Source of the DNA: an uncultured delta proteobacterium
GTDB taxonomy: Bacteria > Desulfobacterota > Binatia > Binatales > Binataceae
Assembly (NCBI GenBank): GCA_963711565.1
Contig: CAVQEQ010000001.1
Coordinates: forward strand, 1,152,001-1,216,000
Direction of reading: 5' to 3'
Length of the DNA: 64,000 nt
Both the position numbers and the translations under genes were made by a program. This document shows positions 10,407 to 20,898 of this stretch, in pieces (the first letter of the stretch is position 1; every line of letters begins with the position of its first letter). The notes beneath the pieces are model-generated. The model did not search any database and had not been told where the DNA came from. It saw nothing but the letters and a program-made list of their open reading frames with translations.

Positions 10407-12266
10407 TTACTGATGAGTCTTAATGCACTCGACTACGCGCGCGCCGAAGTCAGTGATCTTTCTTTCGCCGAATCCGCGGATATGACGCAGCGCCTCGACT
10501 ATCGTCGGCTTGATGCTAGCGAGTTCGCGCAGCGTGGCGTCGTGAAGGATTACGTAGGCGGGCACGCCCCGTTCGGCGGCAATTTCGCGCCGCAGTTTGC
10601 GCAAACTCTCGAACAGCGCCTCGTCCACGTCGCGCCACGACGCTTCTTCGATTCGCGTGCGCTTCGATTTGGACTCTTTCGCCTGTAGCAGCGTGACCGC
10701 GCGTCCCCCGCGCATCACTTCCCATGACGAGGCGTTTAGCCTCAGCGTTGGACGATCGCCGGATGTGCGCTCCAACAGGCCGGCATCGACCAGCTGATAG
10801 ACAATGTTGGTCAAGGTCTTGCGCGGCACGTCCTTCAAGATGCCATAGGTGGAAAGTTTCTCGTGACCTAATCGACGCACGCGTTCGCTGCTGGCGCCAC
10901 TCAGTACGTCCACAACGTGCTCGACGCCAAAGCGCTGCTCGACGCGCGCGACGCATGACAAGACTTTCTGCGCGAGTACCGTAGAATCCGCGACGCCTTC
11001 GACTTCGGCGAGGCAAAAGTCGCACGCCCCGCAACTTGTTCCTTGATAAGTCTCGCCGAAGTAGGCCGACAGCCCGGCATGACGGCATCGTACGACCGTG
11101 GCGAAGCGGCGCATTTCCTCGAGCAATTGCTTGCCGCTCTCCAACACTTCTGCGGGAGTCGCCGACTCCTCCGCGCTCCGCTCCATCAGGTTGCGCCATC
11201 GAATTACGTCGGCCGCCGAGTAGAACAGCACGCACTCGGCTGGCAGACCGTCGCGTCCAGCGCGCCCCGTCTCCTGCTGATAGGACTCTATCGACTTCGG
11301 GAGCGCGGCGTGGATCACGCAGCGGATGTCGCTGCGATCGATTCCCATCCCAAACGCAACCGTCGCCACCACCACGTCGATTTCCTCGGCGGCGAAGCGA
11401 TCCTGCGTGCGCCGCCGCTCGTCCGCTTCCATCCCGGCGTGATACGCGGCCGCGCGCACGCCCTCCGACACCAGGTATCTCGCTATCTGCTCGGTGTCTT
11501 TTCGGCTGATACTGTAAACGATCGACGCCTCACCTTTATGCCGCCGGATCGTCTCCGCGATCTGCGCGTTCACGTCCAGCTTCGGACGCACGCGGTAAAG
11601 CAGATTGGGGCGATCGAACGATCCAACCAGCACCGCCGGATCGTTGAGCCCAAGTTGCTCGACGATGTCGCCACGCACGCGCTCGGTCGCGGTCGCCGTG
11701 TAGGCGTGGATGCTCGCGTTCGGAAAGCGCGTCTTGAGTTCCGCGAGTCTGCGATATTCCGGCCGGAAGTCGTGCCCCCACTGGCTGATACAGTGAGCCT
11801 CGTCGATCGCGAAGCTCGAAACCTTAAGGCGCGCGACAAGATCGAGAAATCGCGGCGTCAGCAACCGCTCCGGCGCGACGAATATAAGATGATGCCGGCC
11901 GCTGGCGAGATCGCGCTCAACGTCGCGAACTTCCATCTGGTCCATCCCGCTGTGGATCGCCGCCGCCGGATAGCCCGACAGCCGCAGCGCATCGACCTGG
12001 TCCTTCATCAGCGCGATAAGCGGCGAGACCACAACGTCGGTGCGTCCAGCGACCGCGGGCGGCACTTGGTAGCATAGCGACTTGCCACCCCCGGTCGGCA
12101 TGACGACTAGCGAGTCGCGCTGCTCGAGCCCAGCCTGTATCGCCTCCAACTGCAGCGGCCGCAAACCTTCGAATCCCCAGAAGCGCCGCAAAACCGCAAG
12201 CACTTCCTCGGACGCGCCCCCACCCGCGGCTCCCGCTCCGACCATCGCCTCTTCGAAACTCTTCAT
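10407..12266 (-). CDS. recQ: ATP-dependent DNA helicase RecQ
   Basis: MPTGGGKSLCYQ, DEAHCISQWGHDFRPEY, QETGRAGRDG, Zn-binding Cys cluster, RQC and HRDC domains. Start placed at MKSF. Confidence 0.95.
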   Translation of the reverse strand: MKSFEEAMVGAGAAGGGASEEVLAVLRRFWGFEGLRPLQLEAIQAGLEQRDSLVVMPTGGGKSLCYQVPPAVAGRTDVVVSPLIALMKDQVDALRLSGYPAAAIHSGMDQMEVRDVERDLASGRHHLIFVAPERLLTPRFLDLVARLKVSSFAIDEAHCISQWGHDFRPEYRRLAELKTRFPNASIHAYTATATERVRGDIVEQLGLNDPAVLVGSFDRPNLLYRVRPKLDVNAQIAETIRRHKGEASIVYSISRKDTEQIARYLVSEGVRAAAYHAGMEADERRRTQDRFAAEEIDVVVATVAFGMGIDRSDIRCVIHAALPKSIESYQQETGRAGRDGLPAECVLFYSAADVIRWRNLMERSAEESATPAEVLESGKQLLEEMRRFATVVRCRHAGLSAYFGETYQGTSCGACDFCLAEVEGVADSTVLAQKVLSCVARVEQRFGVEHVVDVLSGASSERVRRLGHEKLSTYGILKDVPRKTLTNIVYQLVDAGLLERTSGDRPTLRLNASSWEVMRGGRAVTLLQAKESKSKRTRIEEASWRDVDEALFESLRKLRREIAAERGVPAYVILHDATLRELASIKPTIVEALRHIRGFGERKITDFGARVVECIKTHQ

Positions 12267-12474
12267 CGTTCTGCCGCCGCCATATAGAAAGCCGTTTCGC
12301 ATTATTAGTAACAACATCACGATTGCTGGCAAAACCAGCCCAGGCCAGGATTCGTCGCGCACCAGTGCCGCAAGGCACAAAGGCGGCGAATGATCGCGAT
12401 CAGAATTTGATAAACACAGCTTCTGACTATCCGACTGATAGCGAATGCTAACAAACAGACAGCGATGGACGGCC

Positions 12475-12492
12475 TATACAATATTTTGTATA
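12475..12492. promoter_or_regulatory. Palindromic operator upstream of the XRE gene
   Basis: TATACAATATTTTGTATA is an AT-rich near-perfect inverted repeat 26 nt before the ATG. Confidence 0.6.
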
Positions 12493-12518
12493 TACTCTCG
12501 GCGGCGCAGGAATGAGAC

Positions 12519-12827
12519 ATGACGATGAAGATTCAGCGGTCCAGCGGGAACGTTTTCCGAGACCTTGGCTTCGAGGCGAAGGAGGCTGAGAGCTTGCGGC
12601 TTCGCGCGGAGCTAATGGTGGAAGTCAGGCGTCTTATCGAGGGGCGAAAACTTACTCAGCGTTCGGCGGCAAGCCTCCTGGGAGTCACCCAGCCGCGGAT
12701 CAGCGATCTTATTCGCGGCAGGATCGATCTGTTCAGTATCGATTCGCTCGTCAACATGCTCGCGCGCGCAGGAATGCGCATCCAGCTTCGAATCGCCAGC
12801 CGTCGCCGCCCTGCTCAAGCCGCCTGA
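12519..12827 (+). CDS. XRE/HTH_37 family regulator (HigA-like antitoxin)
   Basis: SSGNVFRDLGF...LTQRSAASLLGVTQPRISDLIRGRIDLFSIDSL, a typical HigA-type HTH. Confidence 0.85.
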   Translation: MTMKIQRSSGNVFRDLGFEAKEAESLRLRAELMVEVRRLIEGRKLTQRSAASLLGVTQPRISDLIRGRIDLFSIDSLVNMLARAGMRIQLRIASRRRPAQAA

Positions 12828-12947
12828 AAGCCCAGACAGCAGAACAACGTGTACGATAAGGCTACATCCTAGTTGACGCATGGCGGCCAAACTTTCAGTC
12901 TCTTTTACGTGGATCGGCCCAGGGACTCTCCGGGGAGGTGACGGCGC

Positions 12948-13889
12948 ATGCCCAACTTTCGAATACTGTCCTGCGATGGCGGCGGAATCCGCGGAGTATT
13001 GAGCGCGGTTCTGCTCAATCGGCTGTCAGCCGCGTATCCCAATCTGCTGCAGGATCGACCCGATACGATCTCGATGTACGCCGGTACCTCGACCGGCGGA
13101 ATCCTGGCGCTCGGACTGGCCGCCGGTCTTACCCCCGCACAGATCCGCGACCTCTACGTTACGGACGGAAAGCTGATTTTCGATTCGTCGTGGACGCGCG
13201 ACGTGGTCGAGCTGGGCGGGCTCAGCGGATCGAAGTACGACAACGTGAATCTCAAGCAGATTCTCCAGGAGACCTTCGGCGCCAGGAAACTCCAGGACCT
13301 GAAACCGCGCGTTCTGATCGCGTCGTTCAGCCTGGACAATCAGGCGTCCGATCCTGCCTCCCGCACCTGGAACCCGAAGTTCTTTCACAACTTCACCGGC
13401 CCCGACAGCGACGGCGATTCTCTGCTGGTCAACGTCGCGATGTCCACCAGCGCGGCGCCGACCTACTTTCCCTCGTACGGCGTGTACATCGATGGCGGCG
13501 TGATCGCCAACAATCCGAGCATGGCCGCCGTGGTGCAGGCGATGGATGGCCGCAATCAACCCGGCGAGCGCGCGACGCTGGACGGAATCAAGCTGCTATC
13601 CATAGGCACCGGCGCCTCGCTGCAATACATCGACGATGTCGACCACGATTGGGGCGACGCGCAATGGATCAAGCCGATCCTCAACGTGATGATGGACGGC
13701 AGCGTCGGCGTCGCCGATTTCGAATGCCGCCAACTGCTCGGCAACAGCTATTGCCGCGTCGAGCCGATATTTCCCGCCGGAAAGTCCTTCGCCATGGACG
13801 ATGTCAGCAAGGCCGTCAACCTGATGGACCAGGCAAATTCGTTCGACCTTGCCAGCACCGTCGCATGGCTCAACGCGTCAGGTTGGTGA
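12948..13889 (+). CDS. Patatin-like phospholipase
   Basis: DGGGIRG, GTSTG, SAAPTYF and DGGVIANNP motifs. GGAGG RBS. Confidence 0.92.
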   Translation: MPNFRILSCDGGGIRGVLSAVLLNRLSAAYPNLLQDRPDTISMYAGTSTGGILALGLAAGLTPAQIRDLYVTDGKLIFDSSWTRDVVELGGLSGSKYDNVNLKQILQETFGARKLQDLKPRVLIASFSLDNQASDPASRTWNPKFFHNFTGPDSDGDSLLVNVAMSTSAAPTYFPSYGVYIDGGVIANNPSMAAVVQAMDGRNQPGERATLDGIKLLSIGTGASLQYIDDVDHDWGDAQWIKPILNVMMDGSVGVADFECRQLLGNSYCRVEPIFPAGKSFAMDDVSKAVNLMDQANSFDLASTVAWLNASGW

Positions 13890-13902
13890 CGCGTCGCGCT
13901 GT

Positions 13903-14397
13903 TCAGTGCGGCGCTCGCTCACCGCGGTACTTGAGCGTCATCTCCGCGACTCCGGCCGCGACGTTCAGTCCGTTCTGCCCTTCGACGGACACCGGCTGAA
14001 GCGCGATCGACTTATCAAACCCTCCGACCAGCACGTTCGCACCCGCACCCACACCAAGCGCGAGGCTCGCGGTCGCACCGCCGTAATGACCCTCCAGTGC
14101 GCCGGGCTTGAGATCGTTGGTCGGCGCGGCGACGGCCCACAAGATCACGGCCGACTTGAGATAACCGATATCAGCGCCGAACTTGGAGACGCTTCCGCTG
14201 TAGTACTCGACTCTTCCGCCGTTGGACGAGTACGAGCATCTCAGCTCGCGCGAAGATCCGAACACGAATCCCCATCCCGAGGCTTCGTGACAAGTGAGAT
14301 AGCCGGTCTTGACCGTCGCGGCCTGCGCCGGCAGTGACCAGCAACTCAAGAGAAGAATACTGGTTGCGGCAAGAACGGTAAGAAGTCGTGGTTTCAT
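13903..14397 (-). CDS. Secreted DUF992 family protein
   Basis: Signal peptide, then GYLTC...GFVFGSSRELRC...GVGAGANVLVGG...LQPVSVEGQNGLNVAAG. Confidence 0.8.
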   Translation of the reverse strand: MKPRLLTVLAATSILLLSCWSLPAQAATVKTGYLTCHEASGWGFVFGSSRELRCSYSSNGGRVEYYSGSVSKFGADIGYLKSAVILWAVAAPTNDLKPGALEGHYGGATASLALGVGAGANVLVGGFDKSIALQPVSVEGQNGLNVAAGVAEMTLKYRGERAPH

Positions 14398-14607
14398 CTC
14401 TTTTTTCTCCTGAAGCAAAGGTCGTCGCTGTTGGCTCTCAGGGTTCATTCGCCCTGACTTCTATCAACGGTAGACCAAACTTCCTCTCCGAAACAAGTTT
14501 TTCGCCCACACGATTAGCGGCAGCAGCGAGCCTCAACTTGACCTTCAATGCTCGTTGGGCGACAGATCTGACCCTCTGTTTGAGGCCGCAGGGGAGGCTA
14601 ACGTTCT

Positions 14608-15525
14608 ATGAGCTCCGAAATCGCATCCAACAAACTCCTGGACAGGTCTAAGGCCCTGACGGCCTCGAAAAACTTCCTGCAGCAAGTGTTTCACGATTTC
14701 TCGAAAGACGAATGCCCATCGATGGCTGCGGCGCTGGCATACGCAACCTTGTTTTCGCTGCCATCTCTTTTACTGATCGTCATCTACATTGCAGGCCTCG
14801 TCCTGGGTCCCCAAGCTGCCAGCGGCCAGATCGAGTCGAAGCTAAGCGGCGCGATGGGACCGCAAGCCGCCGCACAAATCCAGACCATGGTCAGCAACGT
14901 GGCGCAGAACCATGCTGGTGGATTGATCGCAACTGTGGCGGGATTTGTCGGGCTGATACTTTCCGCGACCAGCGTGCTGCTGCAACTTCAGTTGTGTCTC
15001 AATAAGGCGTGGAAAGTAACCGCGGTCGGCTCCGGCTGGAAAAGTTTCGCGATGCAACGCGTCCGCTCGATTCTTCTGTTGATCGGCGCCGGCATCCTCG
15101 CGATGGTGTCGGTCGTGGCGGGTTCAGCGATTTCCGCGCTCGCGCACATGATTCCTTTCCCGGGGGCCGCACACGCCGGCGAGATTCTGACATCGTTGAT
15201 AATGTTCGCGCTGGTCTTCGCGGCGATTCTGAAAGTAATGCCTGATGTCCATCTGCGCTGGAGCGACGTATGGGTGGGAGGCTTGTTCATCGCCGTGTTG
15301 TTCGTGGTTGGAAAATTCCTAATCGGCCTTTACCTCGGCCACGCGAGCAAGGCCAGCGCCTACGGAGCCGCCGGCTCGCTGGCCGTGATCCTGCTATGGA
15401 CCTACTACTCGGCGCTGATCTTTTTGCTGGGAGTGGAATTCACCCAAGTCTGGGTCCGCAGCCGCGGTCAGGAAGCCCCGCCAAAACCAGGCGCCGTCCG
15501 ACGCGAGCCTCTACCCAGCAGCTAG
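14608..15525 (+). CDS. YihY/virulence factor BrkB family membrane protein
   Basis: AAALAYATLFSLP, multiple TM helices, YGAAGSLAVILLWTYYSALIFLLG. Confidence 0.9.
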   Translation: MSSEIASNKLLDRSKALTASKNFLQQVFHDFSKDECPSMAAALAYATLFSLPSLLLIVIYIAGLVLGPQAASGQIESKLSGAMGPQAAAQIQTMVSNVAQNHAGGLIATVAGFVGLILSATSVLLQLQLCLNKAWKVTAVGSGWKSFAMQRVRSILLLIGAGILAMVSVVAGSAISALAHMIPFPGAAHAGEILTSLIMFALVFAAILKVMPDVHLRWSDVWVGGLFIAVLFVVGKFLIGLYLGHASKASAYGAAGSLAVILLWTYYSALIFLLGVEFTQVWVRSRGQEAPPKPGAVRREPLPSS

Positions 15526-15543
15526 CAAACCGCGCGCGCCCGG

Positions 15544-16685
15544 CTACCTTAGGTCGCGGCCGGTGTAGCCGAGGATCGAGCGGGCGATAATCAGGCGCTG
15601 TATTTCGCCGGCGCCTTCGTAGATGTCGAAGATGCGGCCGTCGCGGAAGCATCGATCCAGCGGATGGTCCTCCGAAAGCGCTTCGGGGCCGAGGATGTCG
15701 ATGCATCCCTGAGTGATTTTTCGCGCCGCTTTGCCGCCCGCGGCTTTCGCGATCGATGCTTCCACTTTCGGCGGCACGTCCTGCTGCTCGAGCCACTTCG
15801 AGCGGAGCACCGTCAGCAACGCCGCTTCGTAGATGGCTTCCAGCCGGATGAAACGATCGACGACCGCCGAGCGGCTGCGCATCCCGCCGCGGTAGCTGAT
15901 TTCGATTCCGCGCTCGGCCAGCTTTTCGCGCGTGAAATCCAGCGCCGCGCGCGCGACTCCAAGCGCCATCGCGCCAACCATCGGCCGCGAGTCGTTGAAC
16001 ACCGACATCGTGGATTTGAAGTCGCCCTTGATGTGGTTGAATTCGGGGATCCGGCAATTCTCGAACAGCAGGTTGCAGGTATCGTGCGAGCGGATGCCGA
16101 GCTTTCTGAGTTGCGGCCCGACGGTGAATCCCGGCGTGCCCTTTTCAACCAGAAAGGTGGTCATGCCGCGGCTGCCGTCCGGCGCGATGAATCGCGACAG
16201 CACCATCGCCGCGTCGCCCGATTGCGCCTGCGAGATGAAAATCTTCTCGCCGTTGAGTATCCATTCGCCGGTCTCGCGATCGAAAGTCGCGGTGGTGCGG
16301 ATGTTCGCCGGGTCCGAGCGGCGCCGGGCTCGGTAATCGCGATCGCGATCGTGTGGTTCTTCCACTTCTCGAACTGCTCGGGCGTCGCGACTGTCTTGAG
16401 CACGGTGTTGCCGAGTCCCCATTTGCTACGATGCAGTGCGATTCCGCCCCAGTAGACTTCGAGCATCACCAGCGAATGGAGAATGCGCGATCCGCTGCTG
16501 CCGCTGAGGCTTTCCTCGGCTAGCGTAATCGGATTGGGCAAGTCTTTCGCTTCAGGAAACTCCTCGGGCTCGAGTTCGTCTTCGTGCTTGTCGTAGTAAC
16601 GCGCATAGCGCCGTCCGATGATCGCCTGCTCGTGCGCGCTACTCAGAACTTTCTCGTCAGCCGGAGTCAGTTGAAAATCTATCAT
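15544..16685 (-). CDS. Acyl-CoA dehydrogenase, split by a 1-nt frameshift near 16320
   Basis: MIDFQLT...AIAITEPGA | SDPANIRT...LNGEKIFIS...IYEGAGEIQRLII. One G is missing from GCC GGC in the TEPGAGSD motif. Confidence 0.85.
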
Positions 16686-16714
16686 CGCAATTTCCTCGTC
16701 GTAATTGTCGAACC

Positions 16715-17792
16715 CTAAACTCCGACCGCGCCTTCCAGCACCGACACCGTGCGCGTGTCGCGATACCACATCTCGACCGGGTTATCGCGCAGGTAGCCGT
16801 GGCCGCCGAGCATCTGGACGCCTTCATCGGCGATCCACATCGCATTCTCGCCGCAATAGGTGTACGCGAGTTGCGCCTGCCGCGCGGCGTCGCCGCTTTG
16901 CTCGAAGAATCGACGCCGCCTTCCAGGTCATCCAGCGCATCGCGTCGGTTTCGATCCGCATGTCAGCGAGACGGAATGCGATCGTCTGTTTCTTTGCGAG
17001 CGCGTCGCCATGAACCACGCGCTCCTTCGTATAAGGCATCACGAACTCCATCACGGCCCGACTGGTACCGGTCATGATCGCGGACAATGCGATGCGCGCC
17101 GAGTCGATGATGCGCTGAACGTCGCATCCCGCGCCCTCACCGAGCCGCGCGCTGGAGGGTAATTCGACATCCTTGAAGCTGACGGTCGCCATCTCGAGCG
17201 CGCGCAATCCGACATTCGGTTTCCTCTCGCCGACCGTCACACCTTTCGCGTCCCGCTCGACGATAAGCGCGTCGAGCGCGCCGTCACATTGCGCGACAAC
17301 TAGAAAGTGACTGCAATTCTCCGCCAGCGGAACGAGTCCCTTCACGCCCGACAAGCGATACCCGTCGCGCGTCTTGATTGCGCTGGTGCGAATCGACGAA
17401 ACATCAAAGCCGAAGTCAGGCTCCGTGATTGCGACGCCCGCGCATCGATACTTGTCGCCCGCAAACAGGGGCAGCAGATTTTTCTTTTGCGCGGGCGAGC
17501 CTTGAGCGGAGATCGCGCCGAGAAATCCGATCGGCGCCGCGGCGGCGATCGCGAATGAAGCATCCGCGACCGCAAGTTCCTCGAGAAGCAGCGCATTCAG
17601 CGTCGGCGAATAGCCGCCGGCCTCAGCCTGCGACTGGATGATCCCGGTGGCGCAAATCTCGTCGAGAATCGACGACGGGATGCACTCGCGATCGTCGGCG
17701 CCGCGCGCCGCGGGACGAAGCTGCGAGCCGGCGAGCTCCTGCACCATCGATTGCGCGAGCCTCTGTTCCTGGGTCAATTCAAAAGAGATCAC
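16715..17792 (-). CDS. Acyl-CoA dehydrogenase, split by a 1-nt frameshift near 16905
   Basis: GTG start after GGAGG. ISFELTQEQ...KQTIAFRLADM...WKAASIL | EQSGD...GVQMLGGHGYLRDNPVEMWYRD...LEGAVGV-TAG. Confidence 0.85.
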
Positions 17793-17844
17793 TAGCTTTT
17801 TCCTCCAATTCCGCTTGACATTCGGCGGTCTCTCGGGGTACCAA

Positions 17845-17855
17845 TGGTTGAACCA
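17845..17855. promoter_or_regulatory. FadR/GntR-type operator between divergent genes
   Basis: TGGT-TGA-ACCA matches the TGGT-N3-ACCA FadR-subfamily pattern. TTGACA lies at 17815-17820. Confidence 0.6.
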
Positions 17856-17864
17856 ATGGAACAT

Positions 17865-18656
17865 ATGAACGACACGAATGTCAAGCGCAAACGGCCGGTG
17901 CGGGTGGCGACGCCGCGCCGCGTCGAGTTCAGCCGCATCCGCAACCTGCGCGCGTTCGAGGAGATCGCCGATCAAATCCGCAAGGAACTTTCGGATCGCC
18001 GCCTGCGAGCGGGCGATCGGCTGCCGCCCGAGCGAGTGCTGGCCGAGCAGTTCGGCGTATCGCGCAACACCTTGCGCGAGGCGCTGCGGTCGCTCGAAAA
18101 TGCCGGGCTGCTGCGCTTGCAGAAGGGCGCGACCGGCGGCGCGTTCGTGCGCGAGAGCACCGGCGACGCGATAATCACCGGGCTGCGCGACATGTTCCAT
18201 CTCGGCGCGATCCAGCCCGAGCATCTGACCGAGGCGCGCGTGATGATCGAATCGATCGCCGTGCGCACCGCGTGCGAGCGCGCGACGGCCGAGGACATCG
18301 AGGCGCTCAACGGCAACATCGCGGCGGCGGAGCGGGCCGTGCGCGACAAGATCGATTTTTACGATCAGGCCGCGATCCATCTGGAGTTCCATCGCATCCT
18401 CGCGCGCGCGACCAAGAATCCGGTGATGGTGATCGTGATGGACGCGCTGATTGACGTGATGCAGCACTTCATCCGGGCGATCGGGCAGAAGCGGAATCCG
18501 TGGGTGATACCGTCGCGGCGGCGATTCATGAAGCAGTTTGAAGCAGGGGATGCCGACGGCGCCGTTGAGGAGATGGAGCAGCATCTCGAGCGCCTCAATC
18601 GCCACTACCTGTCGCTGATGAAAGAGAAGGACCGCACCGAGGCTGCCGGTGAGTAA
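17865..18656 (+). CDS. GntR/FadR family transcriptional regulator
   Basis: GDRLPPERVLAEQFGVSRNTLREAL wHTH plus an FCD domain (FHRILARATKN). Confidence 0.92.
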   Translation: MNDTNVKRKRPVRVATPRRVEFSRIRNLRAFEEIADQIRKELSDRRLRAGDRLPPERVLAEQFGVSRNTLREALRSLENAGLLRLQKGATGGAFVRESTGDAIITGLRDMFHLGAIQPEHLTEARVMIESIAVRTACERATAEDIEALNGNIAAAERAVRDKIDFYDQAAIHLEFHRILARATKNPVMVIVMDALIDVMQHFIRAIGQKRNPWVIPSRRRFMKQFEAGDADGAVEEMEQHLERLNRHYLSLMKEKDRTEAAGE

Positions 18657-19857
18657 CGACATCCTGAGCGGGGTGCGGGTGCTCGACTTCACGACGATTG
18701 TGTCGGGGCCGTATTGCACGCGCTTGCTCGCGGATCTTGGCGCCGAGGTGATCAAGATCGAGCCGCCCGAAGGCGACTTCATTCGCACGCAGCCGCCGAT
18801 TCGCGCGGGCAGGAGCGCGTACTTCGCTCATTTGAATTGCGGCAAGAAGAGCCTTGCGATCGATTTGCGGCAGGCTGGGGCGAGCGAGCTGGTGCAGCAG
18901 CTTGCCACGAAGTCGGATGTGGTCGTCGAGAATTCGCGGCCGGGCGTGATGCAGCGGCTCGGGCTCGACTACGCGACGCTCGCATCGATGAATCCGCGAC
19001 TCGTGTACTGCTCGATCTCGGGCTTCGGGCAAAGCGGCCCGTGGGCGACGCGCAGCGCGTACGCGCCGATGTTGCACGCGGCCAGCGGTTTCGACCTGGT
19101 CAACATGTCGTACCAGAACGGGCTCGAGCGGCCGCTCAACACCGGCATCTACGTTGGCGACGTGCTGGGCGGGACGTATGCGTTCGGCGCGATTCAATCC
19201 GCGCTGCTCGCGCGCGAACGCAGCGGCCGCGGCGATCGAATCGACCTGGCGATGATGGACGGGCTGCTCAGCATGCTCATCTATGAGTTCCAGGAAGCGC
19301 AGCTTCCGCCGATGAAGCGGACGAATACGTTTCAGCCGACGCGCGCGAAGGACGGATTTATAATGATCGCGGCGGTGAAGCCGAATAATTTCGAGGCGTT
19401 GGCGCGCGCCGTCGGGCATCCCGAATGGATGAACGATGCTCGCTACGCGACCGCGAAAGGCCGCGCTGCGAATTGGAGTTGGTTCATGTCGATGCTGGAC
19501 GAATGGGCGGCGACGCGAACGATGGAAGAGTGCGAGGCGATACTGACCGAGGGCAGCGTGCCGTGCTCGCGGTATTACACTGTGCGCGAGGCGCTTCAGC
19601 ATCCGCATCTCGAGGAGCGCGGAAGCTTCGAGGTGATCGACGACGGCGCGGGACCGCTCAAGGTGCCGAATCCCGCGTTCAAGTTCGGCAATGCCAACGC
19701 GCAGGCGCGGAACTATGTGGCGGCGCTCGGCGCGGACAACGCGAGCGTCCTTTCGAGCGTGCTGGGGTATTCCGAGGATCGCATCGCCGCGCTATACGAG
19801 AAACAGATCCTTCACGACGATAGCAGCCGAGCTTCGGGAGGACATGCAAATGGGTGA
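18649..19857 (+). CDS. Family III (CaiB/BaiF) CoA-transferase
   Basis: GVRVLDFT, GPYCTRLLADLGAEVIKIE, VENSRPG and SISGFGQSGP. Confidence 0.92.
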   Translation: MSNDILSGVRVLDFTTIVSGPYCTRLLADLGAEVIKIEPPEGDFIRTQPPIRAGRSAYFAHLNCGKKSLAIDLRQAGASELVQQLATKSDVVVENSRPGVMQRLGLDYATLASMNPRLVYCSISGFGQSGPWATRSAYAPMLHAASGFDLVNMSYQNGLERPLNTGIYVGDVLGGTYAFGAIQSALLARERSGRGDRIDLAMMDGLLSMLIYEFQEAQLPPMKRTNTFQPTRAKDGFIMIAAVKPNNFEALARAVGHPEWMNDARYATAKGRAANWSWFMSMLDEWAATRTMEECEAILTEGSVPCSRYYTVREALQHPHLEERGSFEVIDDGAGPLKVPNPAFKFGNANAQARNYVAALGADNASVLSSVLGYSEDRIAALYEKQILHDDSSRASGGHANG

Positions 19858-20893
19858 GATCCTGGCAGTTGGAATAACTCACTACCCGCCGCTTGCCGGC
19901 AGCGACGAAACGATGGCGTGGATTCTCAAGCGGATGCTGCAGAACCCGCAGCTGCCGGAAAAATATCGAAACGCTAACGGCTGGCCGGAGGCGATGCGCG
20001 CGGAATGGGGCAACGATGAGGGAACCAGCGCCGCGCACGCACATCGCGAGCACCTGGTGCGATCGCTGCGCAAGGCGCGCGCGCAAATCGACGAATTTCG
20101 CCCCGACTTCATCGTGGTGTGGGGCGACGACCAGTACGAAAATTTCCGCGAGGACGTGATTCCGCCCTACTGCATCTATGCGCACGAATCATTCGAGTTC
20201 GCGCCGCCGGCGCGTAACGTCTGGAACGAGCCGGCCGACAAGAAAGTTCATGCGACGGGGAATGTCGCGGCCGCCAAATATCTCGCGGGCGGATTGATCG
20301 AGGCCGGTTTCGACACCGCGTACTCGTACAAGCCGCTGCATCATCCGCTTGGCCACGCGTTCGCTAACGCGGTGCTGTACCTCGATTACGATCGTAAAGG
20401 ATTTCCGTATCCGATCATTCCATTCGCGATAAATTGTTATGGGCGCAAAGTGATCGCGCAGCGTGGCGGCCTGCCGGCGTTCGAGAATCCGCCGTCGGAG
20501 GCGCAACTCGATCCACCCGCGCCAACACCGCGGCGACTGTTCGATCTCGGCGCTGCGACCGCGCGAATCTTTGCGGACAGTCCGTGGCGGGTCGCGTTGA
20601 TGGCGTCGTCGGGATGGTCGCACGCGTTCCTCACGGCGAAAAATAATTTTCTCTATCCGGACACGGCCGCGGATCGCGCGCTGTTCGAGGCGCTGCGCGC
20701 GGGCAACTTCGAGGCGTGGCGGAACTATCCGGCGGCGTCGGTCGAGGCTAGCGGTCAGCAGGAAATTCTCAACTGGATGTGCCTGGCGGGAGTGCTCGCC
20801 GAATTGAAACGCAAGCCGGCAGAGGCCGAGTTTATCGACACGTGGATTTTTAATTCCTCGAAATGTTTCCTGACGGCGCCGCCGCCACGCTGA
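19850..20893 (+). CDS. LigB-like (class III extradiol) ring-cleavage dioxygenase
   Basis: GITHYPPL, PDFIVVWGDDQYENF, LGHAF and SSGWSH motifs of the LigB fold. Confidence 0.75.
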   Translation: MGEILAVGITHYPPLAGSDETMAWILKRMLQNPQLPEKYRNANGWPEAMRAEWGNDEGTSAAHAHREHLVRSLRKARAQIDEFRPDFIVVWGDDQYENFREDVIPPYCIYAHESFEFAPPARNVWNEPADKKVHATGNVAAAKYLAGGLIEAGFDTAYSYKPLHHPLGHAFANAVLYLDYDRKGFPYPIIPFAINCYGRKVIAQRGGLPAFENPPSEAQLDPPAPTPRRLFDLGAATARIFADSPWRVALMASSGWSHAFLTAKNNFLYPDTAADRALFEALRAGNFEAWRNYPAASVEASGQQEILNWMCLAGVLAELKRKPAEAEFIDTWIFNSSKCFLTAPPPR

Positions 20894-20898
20894 ATCGT

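Noticed and set aside
12267-12474. Hydrophobic N-terminal extension of RecQ or a small membrane ORF
   Set aside because: AT-richer stretch with no RBS or recognisable family. It may be a gene remnant, but this cannot be supported.
12948-13889. Patatin as a CBASS CapV effector (anti-phage system)
   Set aside because: No CD-NTase, Cap2/Cap3 or other defence gene is adjacent. The neighbours are an HTH gene and DUF992.
16824-18788. 654-aa minus-strand ORF as one fusion protein
   Set aside because: Its first half is antisense to the GntR gene. The real ACAD starts at GTG 17792 behind a GGAGG RBS.
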